This document shows, one piece after another, positions 43,886 through 47,114 of a DNA stretch of 47,114 nucleotides. This stretch comes from Octopus bimaculoides (lineage: Eukaryota): NCBI RefSeq assembly GCF_001194135.2, contig NC_068994.1, positions 48,622,719 through 48,669,832 on the forward strand. The letters are read 5' to 3'. How positions within the stretch are numbered: position 1 is the first letter of the stretch; each line of letters opens with the position of its first letter. Made by a program: the position numbers and the translations under genes. The notes beneath the pieces are model-generated. The model saw only the letters and a program-made list of their open reading frames with translations, was not told where the DNA came from and did not search any database.

Positions 43886-45142
43886 CCCAACATTTATATA
43901 TATATAACTGTATGTATATTATCTTATATGTAGGCATGTATGTACACACACACACACACACCACCACCACCACCAAGTCTCCATCATTTCTGATAAGTTA
44001 TAAAAGAACCAAATGTCTTAAAGGAGCTGCCATTAATTCACTCTCCACCACACTCTCTTTCTCTCTCTTTTACACTACCTCCATCTTCTCCACCCCACCC
44101 ATCCACCCCACTCTCTNNNNNNNNNNNNNNNNNNNNNNNNNNNNNNNNNNNNNNNNNNNNNNNNNNNNNNNNNNNNNNNNNNNNNNNNNNNNNNNNNNNN
44201 NNNNNNNNNNNNNNNNNNNNNNNNNNNNNNNNNNNNNNNNNNNNNNNNNNNNNNNNNNNNNNNNNNNNNNNNNNNNNNNNNNNNNNATTGGTCTGTTTCA
44301 TATTTTCACATCAGGAATCTTGCATCACAAATTCATAAATATAAATATATTCTTATTGTCTCTTGATGTATTCGGACATTGAACACCCACCCCCATGACA
44401 TTGCTGTGTCTCCGCCTTCATGAGCATAGGCTTCAGAACAAGGGGCATAGGGAGTCCAAGTGCACACCATGAAAGAGAGACAACAAATCTGTGATGTTAC
44501 AACAGGGGGGGGGGAGGTATGAAACAAGAAGAGTAGCCATCATATCGATAATTATGGTCCTTCCTGTCTTAAAGGAGGCATATAAAAGGCTGTTAAATAA
44601 GTAAATATATGAATAACTGGGTGACCTTCCTCTCTGAACTTAACCCTAAAACTGTGTATTGAGTAGAATTAAAAGATAAAAGAAACTATCTTAGTTGTAG
44701 GGGGTGAATTATTGCTTACATTGTTACATTAATTAAACTTGTGCGTAACAAAATTATAATTAATGTTTTTCAAGATGCTCAAACATCAGTATGGTTTGCT
44801 TTTATTTTTTTTAACACCTAAAACTATATTTTCTAAAAATCACACCACATTTAGACGTTCCTTGTAACACACCAGTTGCACAGTGTTCCACAGTGTTACA
44901 GCATGCCATGCTGCACAGTTTGAGAAACACAAAATGCAGTGCTTTTTCTCCAGTCCAAAACTATTTCGTTTCCTGCAAAGCCTGAATATCAAATAGATAC
45001 ATGGCAAGTCAGAGGGCAAACGTCTCAACTGACATTTGTGGCAGTGGTTACGGTGAAGATGCACTCCTTTGATATTTTTTAAATACATAGACAACCAAAA
45101 CAAAAAAAAGACAATGCCTAAGGTTGAAAACAGATACGGCAA

Positions 45143-45234
<92 letters not shown>

Positions 45235-46896
45235 TGTGTGTTATAGACCTTTTTTCCTTACCACTTCTCATTCCTTCTCTTTCCTTCTATAGCTGCCTAT
45301 TTGCTTCACATCATATTTCTCTCTTTCTCCACATGTGTCTGTGCATATATATATATATGTACATATGTATATACGTGTGTGTGTGTACACTCACACAGAC
45401 AAGAACATACAGAAACACACTCACACATTCCTTTACTGATTTCATAAATGGGACTGCAACCATAATGGAATATTAAGTTCAAGAACGTTAGTTGATCGCA
45501 TCAACCCAGATATTACTTCAGTCTGGAACTTATTTTATCAATATCTATTCATCAAATGGCAAGGTTACATTTTCTTAACACAACAGACACACACATACAT
45601 ATACAGTGGGCTTCTTTCAGTTTCCATCTACCAAATCTACTCATAAGGGTTTCGTTGGTCAGGGTCCATCATAGAAAATTTTTACCCAGGGTGCCATGTT
45701 GTGGAACAGAACCCAAAACTTCACCACACAGCCATATCGGTGCCTGCACACACACACACACACAAGCATGCCAATAAGAGGCTGCTATGTAATCAGACAA
45801 CATGCTAAATAGTGTTGCCAATATCTCATTCATTCACATCAAATTGGATCTTAAAAACAAAAAAGAAAACCTAAAGGACACATTATACAATGTAGTCTTA
45901 GGTACCCTATGCCTAAATAAAAAAACAAAGCAGGATCATCATAACTAAGAAACCCTTGATCATGGGTCACCAGAAAGACCTCTAAGTACGAGGAAACCTG
46001 TTCTTCAAACCTGGTTGGTTTCATGTCATCTCAGTATAGACCCTTTTCCTCCCAAACTCACTCAGCACACCTCTTGTTGTTCATATTGTGTCTAACCACC
46101 CTACCCTATGTTCTACACCAACCACTATAGTGAATCCTTCTTCTTCAGAACATCATCCCTCTGGAATACCCAACCTGCCCATATTTTTTCCCAATAAGCT
46201 GCCTACGACTTCTGGTTGTTCAAGAATATTGAGCTCGCTAATGTTGAACAGTGGGGGAACACAGGCAGCAGAGTTCTTTTCTTCCAGAAAAGACCTATCT
46301 AATTTTTTTTTTTTTTATGCTTGAATGCAAGGATGGTGGGTAGGGAGGGAGGGGGTAAGTGTGGGTGGTATCAAATATCTCAAGTGACCAAACTGCAGGA
46401 GTAGTGGTGATAGTGAAAGGGCATTCTTTTGAAATATTTCTGTATAGATAACAGCAACATCTGAGGCTGAAAATAGATAAGGTGTATGAGTAGGAGGGGT
46501 ATATTAGTCCTTCTCTCCTCCTTATGTCTCTCACTCTTTCTCTCTCTTTCCCTCTCTCTCAAAGTATCGCCTGGTCTAGGAATTGAAACCACAATCTTAT
46601 GATCATGAACACAACACCATGATCACTAAACCACATACCTCCACATCCAATGAGAGTCATCCAACGGGAGGACTCACACTTCATTGGGAAGACTTTTGTT
46701 GCTGTGTCATCAATGCAGTGCAAAAAGTGTATGACACATGATGACAACAAGATGGGGAAACAGAATAGAAATCTATCAAATGGGTTCTATCTGTAATTCA
46801 GTTATGTTAATTAGGCTTGAAGATTCAATTAAGAGTACAAGTGCGTGTGTGTGTTTGGGATACTCAACCACTTACTCTAATTAAGAGTAATTAGTT

Positions 46897-47114
46897 CTTA
46901 TTTCCTTATTACCCACAAGGGGCTAAACATAGAGGGGACAAACAAGGACAGACAAACGGTTTAAGTCGATTACATTGACCCCAGTGCGTAACTGGTACTT
47001 AATTTATCGACCCCCAAAAGGATGAAAGGCAAAGTCGACCTCAGCAGAATTTGAACTCAGAACATAATGGCAGATGAAATATTGCTAAGCATTTCACTCG
47101 GTGAGGTAACGTTT
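46897..47114 (-). mobile_element. SINE family B, cut by the window end
   Basis: Close match to 34982-35214. Confidence 0.85.

Overview
Eukaryotic, AT-rich, microsatellite- and SINE-dense draft sequence with 10 N-gaps. The repeat families resemble those of octopus/coleoid cephalopod assemblies (inference, no search run). Two real components stand out. (1) A cluster of tRNA-Leu genes at 2.5-6.0 kb: three complete AAG copies, one complete TAG copy and one gap-truncated copy. (2) An intact multi-exon class I facilitative hexose transporter (SLC2A/GLUT1-like) on the minus strand. Eleven exons between 31902 and 20455 splice in frame with canonical GT-AG sites (490 aa + stop), and a likely first coding exon at 38064-38174 brings the protein to 527 aa. 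The rest is SINEs, MITEs, decayed RTE-LINE fragments, minisatellites and microsatellites; almost all ORFs in the supplied track are repeat artefacts. I found no novel multi-gene system. The most interesting signals are: non-conservative changes at canonical sugar-binding and outer-gate residues of the GLUT (N288L, N317L, T295H with T310D in GLUT1 numbering); an inverted SINE pair bracketing a possible alternative first exon; near-perfect hairpins in the transcript; and an apparent CpG-content boundary near 16.6 kb that coincides with a candidate poly(A) site.
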